The position numbers and the translations under genes were made by a program. Of a DNA stretch of 64,000 nt, positions 1 through 12,409 are shown piece by piece. The stretch covers positions 34,100,001-34,164,000 of the forward strand of contig CATNEN010000038.1 of assembly GCA_950097015.1 (NCBI GenBank), written 5' to 3'. The notes beneath the pieces are model-generated. The model saw nothing but the letters and a program-made list of their open reading frames with translations. It did no database searches and was not told the DNA's origin. This DNA comes from Macrostomum hystrix. Taxonomy: Eukaryota; Animalia; Platyhelminthes. The number at the start of each line of letters is the position of its first letter. The first letter of the stretch is position 1.

Positions 1-2581
1 GATATTAGCAATCCGAATTTCATTGTATCGATCAGTGTTAAATTCACGCCGCTGTTGCCTGCATGGATAGTAATTTGATTGAACGCGTCATATGTAAGGT
101 GTATAATTAAAGACGTGTAAGATCTTCGATAAATTGAGCGTATGGATCGAGAGACTCAGCTGGCATACGCGCGCAGGTAAACTGAGCCTATTTTTGCACC
201 GACGTGCGCAGTACAGTGCATGCCTGCAGCGAAATCATTATCGGACGAAACGACTCTCCGGACGGTAAGCTTCGTCCCTGATGACGTGCCCGCGTCGCAG
301 ATGTCGCTGGATCGCGTGGATATAATCAACACTTCAGTTGCGCATTATTGCTTGCAGCTTAACAGCAATACCTAGCTGCAGGATCAGTATATGGTCATCT
401 CTCGCTGCCATGCAGGGCCGCGACATGTATAAACTGGACACCTAGAGTACTTCAATTTTTGTCTTCGGGCCACTAAAATCGGCACAAAGCAGGACTCTCA
501 ATTGCATCAGTTAGCATGCCTCGGTCTGCACAACCGCCGGCGAGAATCAGTAGCTGTGACGGAACTTGAATGCCGAATGCCAGTTTGAGCATAGCAGCCG
601 AGTCACCCGCCCACACAGGTTTAAGGGTTTGACTGGTGGAGTATGTTTTATTTCTAAATATATTTATAGATAGCAGGCTTGTTGTTATTCAATTATGCGA
701 AAACTTTTTTCTTTTGTTTAAGCACTTTAGAACTCGGACAAAAAGGGCGCAAATTTAAAACAACAAGATAAGAATTCTAATATTATCTAAACCTAAATCT
801 TTACTTTTTTGTCAACAAATGCTAGATTGTATTACCCTTTAGTAATGTTTTACAGTGCAAACATTTCTTATATCCCCTTTTATCACTTCGAATTAAAATA
901 TCTCGTTAAACTTATCCAAACTTATGCATCTGCTCTTTTTGTTCTCCCTAGTTGTTAGTTCTAGAGGTGTGTCAATAAGCAATATACGAATGATATAGTT
1001 TTTTAGCACCTAAGTACTGTATTAGTTGACAAATATTGCCAAAAATTTCGAGTTATTATTTTCGTTATTACATATACTCCAACCTATCATTCATACCAGA
1101 ATTAGCTAAACAGGCTGCTTGTCTGCACCAAAATGTTACTACTATTACTTCGTTTTCTACTAGTTAAATTTTAGGCAACACAAATTAGTTGATAAGGTCA
1201 GTGCTAAAGGCTTGTTCTGACAGCAGTCAAATGGGTTACTATGGATAGTTGGTTATATTATGTTCTGGATGTAGTCAGCCTGTTAGTTATGTTGTTATCC
1301 GTATCTAATAACCTTAATAAAACAACAGAATATTAATGCATTGTGTGTGCAATCTCCTAGTTTTTTAAACATTTTCGTTTTAATGAAACCTGCTGATGGA
1401 GCTGTGTACCTAGAAGGCCCACAAGCTCTGATTGTCTCTGAGATGGCCCAAAGCCAAAGTGGCAGCCCTTCATTTTGTGGACTGTATGCAGGCAGGCCCA
1501 ATGACCTAAAAATCCGTATCTGTTGTGTCTGTTGCAAATATTATCAGTCATGGCTAATGAATTACTAGTATACTATTGCATGCCAAAATCAATAGTAGTC
1601 ATGTTTTGAAAGTGTCTTTCTTGAAAATGCAGAAACTATACATAATGCTATATATAGGTCTATGTATAAATTTAAAAGCTATATGAATATAGACTGCTCT
1701 TTATTCATAAATTAATAAATTATGTTTTATAATAGTTTTTGTTACCCAAAACATTTTTGGAATAAATTGAGAATAATAAAAAATGTGCATTTGAGCTAAG
1801 CAGCTTGAATACAATGCAATATGTATGACTGTCTTTGGGGCTAATCTATGCCTGTGCTGGCTACCCATGAATGTTTTATAAGCAGCAGCTAACTAGGAAC
1901 AGCACATGAGCACTAGCATGAGCACAGGCATTATGTGGCTGCATGCTTGTTTTGTAGTCAAAAAATCCTAAAGTGCACCAGATGTAGGGATTGTCAACTT
2001 TTTACTTTACAGAAAACCTCTTATTACGCCTTAGAGTAGTCATTTTGAAAAAAATTGTTTCGGATTATATAAAACTGGTTTCATTTTTAAATTGACAACT
2101 CAAATAAGCCCTGTGTACTGATATATAGGCCCAAATAAGTCAGAAGTATTTCTTGTTTTAATCATTTTAGTTGCACAAGCACTTTAATACTAAAAATTTA
2201 TTATTTATTAGTACTATTATATAAATATATCAGATGTGTTTTGTATATGATATATTAGTGCTATAAGTGCTTATATAGAGCTCTATATATAGTACATTAT
2301 GTTCTGAATTTTATGTTCTAAACTTAAACCCTTTACTTAGCTAAATTTTATGTTTCATTTGTAAATTAATGTCCTTAAATTAAATATAGCTATAACAGCT
2401 AAAATGCATGAAGTAAATCTTCTGCTCTAAAATGCTCAATTATTTACTTTTAATATTCAATTTTAGATCTTAAGACCTTTTAGCTGTAGGTCTTTAGGAC
2501 TCCCTTTTTACTTGAAATTTATGATTTTATGATTTCGAGTCAGTAAAATCTCATTCGATTGAGACACTTTCAGCCTGTGTA

Positions 2582-5500
2582 ATGTCTGATATTGGCCTAC
2601 TAGGAGCCAGTCATGCCAGTCATGGTCATCAGCATATTCAACAGCCACGCTATGGCGCCCTGCTGACTGTGCCGCTTCTCGCTGGCGATGGGCCCAACGG
2701 AGGTTCCAATGGTAGTCTGTCAATTAATGACGATGGCAGCCAGCCGCCACCGCCAGCCAGCAGCGTTGATGGCGATGACAGTGTGGAAGACGCCAAGCAG
2801 TCTGGCGATGACAGGATGCGTCGCCGATTAAAGTACTTCTTTATGACTCCGTGTGAAAAATACCAAGCCAAGGGTCGGCTGCCTCTGAAGCTGCTGCTGC
2901 AGCTGCTCAAAGTGCTAGTTGTCACCCTGCAGTTGTACGTGTTTGGCATGGAGAGCTCAAGTCACGTATACTTCCTTACTACTACTCAGGCTGCATTTAG
3001 GCACCTCTATCTGGAGGTGAGGCGACCGCTTAGAAACCTGTAAATAAATCATATACAAAAACGGCTGATAGTGTTTTTTACGCCCTGGTTAGGTTACATT
3101 CCAGGAATAGAATATATTTCAATATCTATTTTTATTTCTCAGTCCTGGGACGCGAGCTGGGAATCGCCGCCCTACCCACCGGCGCACGGGCCCTACGCTG
3201 TGTACACATACGACAGTTTCTACTCTAGCTTAGATTTTGCTCTAGCCGGCTACAACGACACGCTCAGTGGCTCCATTGGTTCATTCGCTCCAACTGTACT
3301 AGCCACCAATGGGACGAAAGGCGCTCCTCAGCTATGCCTGTTACACTACACTAATCTAACTGTCGATGCTGCCAATTTTCGTTACACTCTCGATAGGCAG
3401 GTATCAACCAGGTGTTTCGAAATGCTACCACTAGCTGATGGTAATGGCACCTCGCGTTACGACAGTCGGCGTCAACTGCAGAACCTAGGCTACAAACTGA
3501 ATTTTGACAATGTTCTAGCTGCTAAGCTACAGTTTAATGTGAATGCCATACATTTCAATTTTGACCAACCGCGATTGTCGACTGCCGAGTGCTTCTTATT
3601 TAATATCACGGTAAGAATGCGTTATAGCTCGTATTTAAGTGGCAATGACGCTCTGGTACAGAAATAGTTACGGCCACAAAACTCTAGACTTAGAGAAAGG
3701 TCTTCAAACACAAACGAAGCGGAATTGGGACAAAAGCGGAATCAAAAAGAATCAATAATCTCTACTGATAGAAACCAACTTCAGACCCTGTCACAATAAC
3801 AGACATTGACGTCAAATTCGATTCCGTTGCTGAAAATAGACACTGACGTCACATGCGATCCCGTTGCTATAAATAGTCGTTGACGTCACATGCGATCCCA
3901 TCGCTAAAAATAGACACTGACGTCACATCTGATCATTTTGCAAAGTTAGCATCTTATGTTTAAAACGTAAGACATGCTTCACAAAAAATGTCAAGGGATA
4001 AATTTTTTTATAATAATAGCACACATAATGTTACTTGCAATCATGCTGTACGGGTATGTAGTATAGATAGATTTTGTGTAATTAAAAATCAAATTTTCGA
4101 ACATTTTTGCACAGATTCTATTCGACAATCGGGCTCACACTGGCCAAGTCCTAGTAAGCCTGGACGCTAATCCAATCGAGAAGCGGTGCGGCGCCGAGCA
4201 CCAGTTTGGCCCAACTGAGAAATCAATCTCTTACACATTTCTAGACGTGTCCGTCATTCTAGTCTGCATTTTTTCATTTGTTAGCTGCGTCCGCAGCCTT
4301 TACAAAGGCAATCGAATGAGAATGGTGAGACGCGTAATACACTTATGTTAGTGCAGGGGTCGGCAAACTCTGGCCTGCGGGCCAGATGCGGCCCTCGAAG
4401 CTCCCAAATCCGGCCCGTTGCTCCTTCCAACACATATAGTATCCTGTCTCATCTCTCCCGTGTCTCATCTCTCCCGTGTCTCATCTCTCCCGTGTCTTAT
4501 CTCTCCCGTGTCTCATCTCTCCCGTGTCTCATCTCTCCCGTGTCTCATCTCTCCCGTGTCTCATCTCTCCCGTGTCTCATCTCTCCCGTGTCTTATCTCT
4601 CCCGTGTCTCATCTCTCCCGTGTCTCATCTCTCCCGTGTCTCATCTCTCCCGTGTCTCATCACTTCCGTGTCTCATCTCTCCCGTGTCTCATCTCTCCCG
4701 TGTCTCATCTCTACCGTGTCTCATCTCTCCCGAGTCTCATCTCTCCCGTGTCTCATCTCTCCCGTGTCTTATCTCTCCCGTGTCTTATCTCTCCCGTGTC
4801 TCATCTCTCCCGTGTCTCATCTCTCCCGTGTCTCATCTCTCCCGTGTCTCATCTCTCCCGTGTCTCATCTCTCCCGTGTCTCATCTCTCCCATGTTTCAT
4901 CTCTCGCCTGGATCTCATCTCTCCCCTGTCTCATTTCTACCCCCGTCTCATCTCTCCAGTGTCTCATGTCTCCCCTGTCTCATTTCTACCCACTTCTCAT
5001 CACTTCCGTGTCTCATCACTTCCGTGTCTCATCTCTCCCGTGTCTCATCTCTCCCGTGTCTCATCTCTCCCGTGTCTCATCTCTCCCGTGTCTCATCTCT
5101 CCCGTGTCTCATCTCTCCCATGTTTCATCTCTCGCCTGTCTCATCCCTCCCCTGTCTCATTTCTACCCCTGTCTCATCTCTCCCCTGTCTCATCTCTCCC
5201 CTGTCTCATTTCTACCCCTGTCTCATCTCTCCCCTGTCTCATTTCTACCCCCGTCTCATCACTTCCGTGTCCCATCACTTCCGTGTCTCATCTCTCCCGT
5301 GTCTCATCTCTCCCGTGTCTCATCTCTCCCGTGTCTCATCTCTCCCGAGTCTCATCTCTCCCGAGTCTCATCTCTCGCCTGTCTCATCTCTCCCCTGTCT
5401 CATTTCTACCCCCGTCTCATCTCTCCAGTGTCTCATGTCTCCCCTGTCTCATTTCTACCCACTTCTCATCACTTCCGTGTCTCATCACTTCCGTGTCTCA

Positions 5501-8500
5501 TCACTTCCGTGTCTCATCACTTCCGTGTCCCATCACTTCCGTGTCTCATCTCTCCCGTGTTTCATCTCTCCCGAGTCTCAATTCCCCTGTCTCATTTCTA
5601 CCCACTTCTCATCACTTCCGTGTCTCATCACTTCCGTGTCTCATCTCTCCCGTGTTTCATCTCTCCCGTGTCTCATCTCTCCCGTGTCTCATCTCTCCCG
5701 TGTCTCATCTCTCCCGTGTCTCATCTCTCCCATGTTTCATCTCTCGCCTGTCTCATCCCTCCCCTGTCTCATTTCTACCCCTGTCTCATCTCTCCCCTGT
5801 CTCATCTCTCCCCTGTCTCATTTCTACCCCTGTCTCATCTCTCCCCTGTCTCATTTCTACCCCCGTCTCATCACTTCCGTGTCCCATCACTTCCGTGTCT
5901 CATCTCTCCCGTGTCTCATCTCTCCCGTGTCTCATCTCTCCCGTGTCTCATCTCTCCCGAGTCTCATCTCTCCCGAGTCTCATCTCTCGCCTGTCTCATC
6001 TCTCCCCTGTCTCATTTCTACCCCCGTCTCATCTCTCCAGTGTCTCATGTCTCCCCTGTCTCATTTCTACCCACTTCTCATCACTTCCGTGTCTCATCAC
6101 TTCCGTGTCTCATCACTTCCGTGTCTCATCACTTCCGTGTCCCATCACTTCCGTGTCTCATCTCTCCCGTGTTTCATCTCTCCTGTGTCTCAATTCCCCT
6201 GTCTCATTTCTACCCCCGTCTCATCACTTCCGTGTCCCATCACTCCCGTGTCTCATCTCTCCCGAGTCTCATCTCTCCCGTGTTTCATCTCTCCCGTGTC
6301 TCATCTCTCCCGAGTCTCATCTCTCCCGTGTTTCATCTCTCCCGTGTCTCATTTCTCCCGTGTCTCATCTCTCCCGAGTCTCATCTCTCCCGTGTTTCAT
6401 CTCTCCCGTGTCTCATTTCTCCCGTGTCTCATCTCTCCCGTGTCTCATCTCTCCCGTGTTTCATCTCTCCCGAGTCTCATCTCTCCCGTGTCTCATCTCT
6501 CCCGAGTCTCATCTCTCCCGTGTTTCATCTCTCCCGTGTCTCATCTCTCCCGAGTCTCATCTCTCCCGTGTTTCATCTCTCCCGTGTCTCATTTCTCCCG
6601 TGTCTCATTTCTCCCGTGTCTCATCTCTCCCGAGTCTCATCTCTCCCGTGTTTCATCTCTCCCGTGTCTCATTTCTCCCGTGTCTCATTTCTCCCGTGTC
6701 TCATCTCTCCCGTGTCTCATCTCTCCCGTGTTTCATCTCTCCTGTGTCTCAATTCCCCTGTCTCGTCTTTCCCCTATCTCATTCTCTTATAATTTTACAG
6801 TCAATGTGGCCTGCTGTCGTCTTTTAGGTTCTCTCTTTGGCCCGCTAGCTAGTAAGTGTTCCGTCCCCTGTGCTAGTGGGATAAGACTTTCAAGACAAAA
6901 TTATAACAAACTGTCTCACTGCAGCGCACCCGTCGCTACTTTCGCAACCAATTCGAGTACAAACTAAGCCTAGAGGAGCAGTGCGAGTTTATCAATCTCT
7001 GGTTTGTACTCATCATTGTCAACGATCTGCTCACCTTGATTGGCTCGCTAATGAAGATTCTTATTGAGTACAAGGTCAGTCTAATATTCTTTGCTGGAAT
7101 TGCTTATGTTATTCTTTGTCTGTCTTTTTTATCTTCACCTCGTCTGTTTGTGTGTCGTTGTCAATCGTCTTTTACTTTCACGCACCCTGCAGACATTTGA
7201 CAACTACACAGTGTGCAGCCTGTTTCTAGGTAGCGGCTCTATGCTGGTCTGGTTTGGCACTCTGCGCTATTTAGGCTACTTCTCAAAGTATAATGTGAGT
7301 AGTATCTTGCGTAATTGATAAGTAGTCAATGAATAACTTAGTGTAATAAACATATGAATCATTGTTAGCCAGCAGCTAATCGATAATGCTGAGCTAACAG
7401 CCAATAAATATTAAAGAGCTGACAGCCAATCGATAACAAGACTTGCAAATCAGAAATAAGAAGCAATATAAATGTACTTATGTTAGATTTTATTCATTAA
7501 CCGTAAGTTTACTGTTCTCAGGTGCTGCTGCTGACTATAAAGCGAAGCCTGCCGGATATTCTCAGATTTCTAATCTGCGCGATCGCTTTGTTTCTGGCCT
7601 TCTCACTATTCGGCTGGATAACATTCGGGCCTTATCACGTGAAATTTCGCACCTTCTTTTCGTCGCTGGAATGCCTATTCGCTTTAGTTAACGGCGACGA
7701 TATATTTACAACATTCGCGTTGATTCCTGCTAGCACAAATGCTTATATCTACGTTGTGTCCAGAATCTATTTGTATTCCTTCATTGCCCTGTTCATCTAC
7801 ATTGTTCTAAATGTGTGCATCTCAATCATATTGGAGGCCTACGAGAGCGTCACTGTGAGTTTTTCTGCCTTTGATTTTGAAGTTTTGATTTTGATTGGAT
7901 GCTTGGTTAAGCAAATAAAAAATAGATTTTTATTGGCCAGGAAGACTAGATAAATGTAGGTCAATTATCATGGGGAAGCCTAGCTATTAACATGTAACCA
8001 TGACGGCTGTTATTGTTGGTTATATTGCTATTATAGACTCTGTCACCGAGATAAGTAGAGTGTTTGGACATATTTGCAACAGTTGATTTTCGCTACTGCT
8101 CCCGTTCACAGCGCCGACGCTCGGCCCAATCGGCGTCTCGGATGTGGGCCTTCATAGCCGAGTGCGCCGATCCAGCCAGCTCTATGGCCTATAGAAACGA
8201 CGGCGTCAGTCGACGTCGACGACTGTCCACTGCGGCCTCCGCTGCCGACTTGGCTTCCTGGCTGTCGCGCTGGTTCCACGCTTCTCTGGTGTCGCGAGTC
8301 AATGTGGGGCCGAATCAGCCAGACGGCGTCGGTGACGTTGTTGGCGACTATCCGAACAGCGCACCGGCTATCCGCGGTGGTTCGGCTACGTTTGTTGTCG
8401 GAGACGGCATCGTCCCGGCTGGTGTTCGGCGCGGTAGTCATCGTCGTCGACGCTCTCGACGTCGACTACTTCGCCGCGGAGTGGGCGGTGGCGATCTTCA

Positions 8501-8699
8501 TCTTCCAGAGTCGTTTATTGTCAGTGCAGACGCTGTCGCCACTTCCAGCGAGGCCGATGACGATGAAGAGAACTGCGACGATGGAAAGTCAGCTGCCATC
8601 GCCGTACTAGCCGGGGTCGAGGACAGCGACTCCGGAAGCAGCGACACGGTCGACGATCTGCTCGATGGCGGTTGTCTAGAACGAAATCACTTGGCCTAA
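2582..8699 (+). CDS. MCOLN: Mucolipin / TRPML lysosomal cation channel, 7 coding exons, ~761 aa
   Basis: Exons 2582-3016, 3143-3610, 4115-4324, 6925-7074, 7193-7294, 7522-7854, 8112-8699; all introns GT-AG and phase 0. Family motifs: RRRLKYFFMTPCEKYQAKGRLPLKL, YPPAHGPYAVY, ILFDNRAHTG, EFINLWFVLIIVNDLL, LVWFGTLRYLGYF and pore ECLFALVNGDDIFTTF. Confidence 0.95.
3800..3930 (+). promoter_or_regulatory. Intronic 37-bp tandem (~4 copies), each copy carrying a perfect CRE (TGACGTCA)
   Basis: TGACGTCA at 3807, 3844, 3881 and 3918 (37-bp spacing). Copies 2 and 3 continue into the E-box CACATG. Function not demonstrated. Confidence 0.45.
4354..4417 (+). mobile_element. hAT-Charlie (MER58-like) DNA transposon terminal fragment
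   Basis: CAGGGGTCGGCAAACTctGGCCtGCGGGCCAgATgCGGCCC resembles the known Charlie/MER58 terminus. It is preceded by the 8-mer tgtTAgtg, which fits the nnnTAnnn target preference. No second end was found. Confidence 0.65.
4443..6785 (+). repeat. 16-bp minisatellite (TGTCTCATCTCTCCCG)n in mucolipin intron 3
   Basis: Direct tandem with an internal 612-bp block duplication. It produces the spurious ~800-aa ORFs in all three + frames. Confidence 0.97.
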
Positions 8700-8745
8700 T
8701 CGCAGGCTAACTCGTTTGTCTTACAGTCATAAAATCTCTGAGTCA

Positions 8746-9120
8746 TGAAGTCTCAGTCCTGAGGTGACATTCCTGAAGTCTCAGTCCTGAGGTGACATTC
8801 CTGAAGTCTCAGTCCTGAGGTGACATTCCTGAAGTCTCAGTCCTGAGGTGACATTCCTGAAGTCTCAGTCCTGAGGTGACATTCCTGAAGTCTCAGTCCT
8901 GAGGTGACATTCCTGAAGTCTCAGTCCTGAGGTGACATTCCTGAAGTCTCAGTCCTGAGGTGACATTCCTGAAGTCTCAGTCCTGAGGTGACATTCCTGA
9001 AGTCTCAGTCCTGAGGTGACATTCCTGAAGTCTCAGTCCTGAGGTGACATTCCTGAAGTCTCAGTCCTGAGGTGACATTCCTGAAGTCTCAGTCCTGAGG
9101 TGACATTCCTGAAGTCTCAG
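8746..9120 (+). repeat. 28-bp perfect tandem (GAAGTCTCAGTCCTGAGGTGACATTCCT)n, ~13 copies
   Basis: Identical units starting ~47 bp after the mucolipin stop codon. Confidence 0.97.
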
Positions 9121-9629
9121 TTCTTGCAATGCATAGTGTAATTTATTCCAGCATAATATAGCAATTGTGACTCCACTTGTACAAGTGTGTGCTGATCAAG
9201 TTAATAGGTTTTTTTACAATCGACCTACATTGTTCTTCAATTATTGCCTCTTCCGAGTTCATGTCTTCCATGCTTTTTACTGCCTTCAGTCTTCCATTAA
9301 GCAAGTCTGAGTGTACCGAAGTATTTTCAGAAATATTTACAAGTCTACTCATGTTAAACTTATTTTTATGGCGATGAGTCTTTGTGAATTGTGTGGAACT
9401 GATTCGTACTCAAGATTTTCAAATTATATTCTGCGCATTTTCTTATGATTCCTACTGACCAAATTATTATTTCTTGGATCACTTTATTTCGATTTTTCCT
9501 TGTTTCTTTATAAGAAGCCATGACAACTAACAAATAAAAACACAACAGTCACAATTTTTATTATTTACTTTTGCCTTTTTTCATTTTTCTTTGACAATAG
9601 TAAAGAACAATAAAACAAATTCAATAGTT

Positions 9630-12072
9630 ATTAAGCCATTATATCAGATCCCATGGTTACCAAGCTATTAATCCAGATCCCAATACTAACAAAGCCATTA
9701 ATCCAGATCCCATGGTTATCAAGCTATTAATCCAGATCCCATGGTTACTAAGCTATTAATCCAGATCCCAATACTAACAAAGCCATTAATCCAGATCCCA
9801 TGGTTATCAAGCTATTAATCCAGATCCCATGGTTACTAAGCTATTAATCCAGATCCCATGGTTACCAAGCTATTAATCCAGATCCCATGGCTACCAAGCT
9901 ATTTATCCAGATCCCATGGTTACTAAGCTATTAATCCAGATCCCATGGTTACTAAGCTATTAATCCAGATCCCATGGTTACCAAGCTATTAATCCAGATC
10001 CCATGGCTACCAAGCTATTAATCCAGATCCCATGGTTACTAAGCCATTAATCCAGGTACCATGGCTACCAAGCCATTAATCCAGATCCCATGGTTACCAA
10101 GCTATTAATCCAGATCCCATGGTTACTAAGCTATTAATCCAGATCCCATGGTTACCAAGCTATTAATCCAGATCCCATGGCTACCAAGCTATTAATCCAG
10201 ATCCCATGGTTACTAAGCTATTAATCCAGATCCCATGGTTACTACGCTATTAATCCAGATCCCATGGTTACCAAGCTATTAATCCAGATCCCATGGCTAC
10301 CAAGCCATTAATCCAGATCCCATGGTTACCAAGCTATTAATCCAGATCCCATGGTTACTAAGCTATTAATCCAGATCCCATGGTTACTATCCCATTAATC
10401 CAGATCCCATGGTTACCAAGCTATTAATCCAGATCCCGTGGTTACCAAGCTATCAATCCAGATCCCAATACTAACAAAGCTATTAATCAGATCCCAATAC
10501 TAACAAAGCCATTAATCCAGATCCCATGGTTACCAAGCTATTAATCCAGATCCCATGGTTACCAAGCTATTAATCCAGATCCCATGGCTACCAAGCTATT
10601 AATCCAGATCCCATGGTTACTAAGCCATTAATCCAGATCCCATGGCTACCAAGCCATTAATCCAGATCCCATGGCTACCAAGCTATTAATCCAGATCCCA
10701 TGGTTACTAAGCCATTAATCCAGATCCCATGGCTACCAAGCCATTAATCCAGATCCCATGGTTACCAAGCTATTAATCAAGATCCCATGGTTACTAAGCT
10801 ATTAATCCAGATCCCATGGTTACTATCCCATTAATCCAGATCCCATGGTTACCAAGCTATTAATCCAGATCCCGTGGTTACCAAGCTATCAATCCAGATC
10901 CCAATACTAACAAAGCTATTAATCCAGATCCCAATACTAACAAAGCCATTAATCCAGATCCCATGGTTACCAAGCTATTAATCCAGATCCCATGGTTACC
11001 AAGCTATTAATCCAGATCCCATGGCTACCAAGCTATTAATCCAGATCCCATGGTTACTAAGCCATTAATCCAGATCCCATGGTTACCAAGCTATTAATCC
11101 AGATCCCGTGGTTACCAAGCTATCAATCCAGATCCCAATACTAACAAAGCTATTAATCCAGATCCCAATACTAACAAAGCCATTAATCCAGATCCCATCG
11201 TTACCAAGCTATTAATCCAGATCCCATGGTTACTAAGCTATTAATCCAGATCTCATGGTTACTATCCCATTAATCCAGATCCCATGGTTACCAAGCTATT
11301 AATCCAGATCCCGTGGTTACCAAGCTATCAATCCAGATCCCAATACTAACAAAGCCATTAATCCAGATCGCATGGTTACCAAGCTATTAATCCAGATCCC
11401 GTGGTTACCAAGCTATCAATCCAGATCCCAATACTAACAAAGCTATTAATCCAGATCCCAATACTAACAAAGCCATTAATCCAGATCCCATGGTTACCAA
11501 GCTATTAATCCAGATCCCATGGTTACCAAGCTATTAATCCAGATCCCATGGTTACTAAGCTATTAATCCAGATCTCATGGTTACTATCCCATTAATCCAG
11601 ATCCCATGGTTACCAAGCTATTAATCCAGATCCCGTGGTTACCAAGCTGTTAATCCAGATCCCAATACTAACAAAGCCATTAATCCAGATCGCATGGTTA
11701 CCAAGCTATTAATCCAGATCCCGTGGTTACCAAGCTATCAATCCAGATCCCAATACTAACAGAGCTATTAATCCAGATCCCAATACTAACAAAGCCATTA
11801 ATCCAGATCCCATGGTTACCAAGCTATTAATCCAGATCCCATGGTTACCAAGCTATTAATCCAGATCCCATGGCTACCAAGCTATTAATCCAGATCCCAT
11901 GGTTACCAAGCTATTAATCCAGATCCCATGGTTACCAAGCTATTAATCCAGATCCCGTGGTTACCAAGCTATTAATCCAGATCCCAATACTAACAAAGCC
12001 ATTAATCAGGATACCATGGTTACCAAGCTATTAATCCAGATCCCATGGTTACCAAGTCGTTAATCTAGATCC
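9630..12072 (+). repeat. 29/30-bp minisatellite (CTATTAATCCAGATCCCATGGTTACCAAG)n
   Basis: About 80 units, with a 30-bp variant (...CCCAATACTAACAAAG). Confidence 0.97.
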
Positions 12073-12409
12073 CTAAATCCTAAATCTAAACTTTGTAGTT
12101 ACTCTTTTATTCTGTTTTAAGTTCATTCTAATCGTTGCAAGGTTTTTGCCATAGACAATGACTTTATTATTGCAATATTTATAAAAAAATTACTAATTAC
12201 ACCCAAGCTGACTGGTCCTACAAAAGCGAATGCTTTTGTGCTAGAAATCAGTTTGTCGGTCTTCTGAACAGAAAATAATAATTTAATAGATAAAACTCAT
12301 ATTTCGATCATCAGTCATAGTCTGCATATCTGGTATTGTTAATAATTTTATTTAGGTTTAGTTTTTTTTCTTAACAATCGGCGTTCTTATAGATTAACAA
12401 TAGCTAATC

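Noticed and set aside
243-305. Hammerhead-ribozyme-like words (GGACGAAAC ... GGACG/CGTCC hairpin ... CTGATGA)
   Set aside because: There is no stem III or NUH cleavage triplet, and stem II cannot close (C opposite C). An Infernal search against Rfam hammerhead models would settle it.
1295-1568. Cluster of 64-80-aa ORFs
   Set aside because: No homology signal, and composition is unlike the real exons in this window.
4345-6967. Three overlapping ~800-aa ORFs
   Set aside because: They are translations of a stop-free 16-bp tandem repeat inside a mucolipin intron.
9143-9377. Short ORFs on both strands after mucolipin
   Set aside because: AT-rich, no recognisable motif and no consistent splice partners. 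At most a decayed fragment.
8746-12072. CRISPR-like 28-30-bp repeats
   Set aside because: Units are head-to-tail with no unique spacers, there are no cas genes, and the context is eukaryotic.
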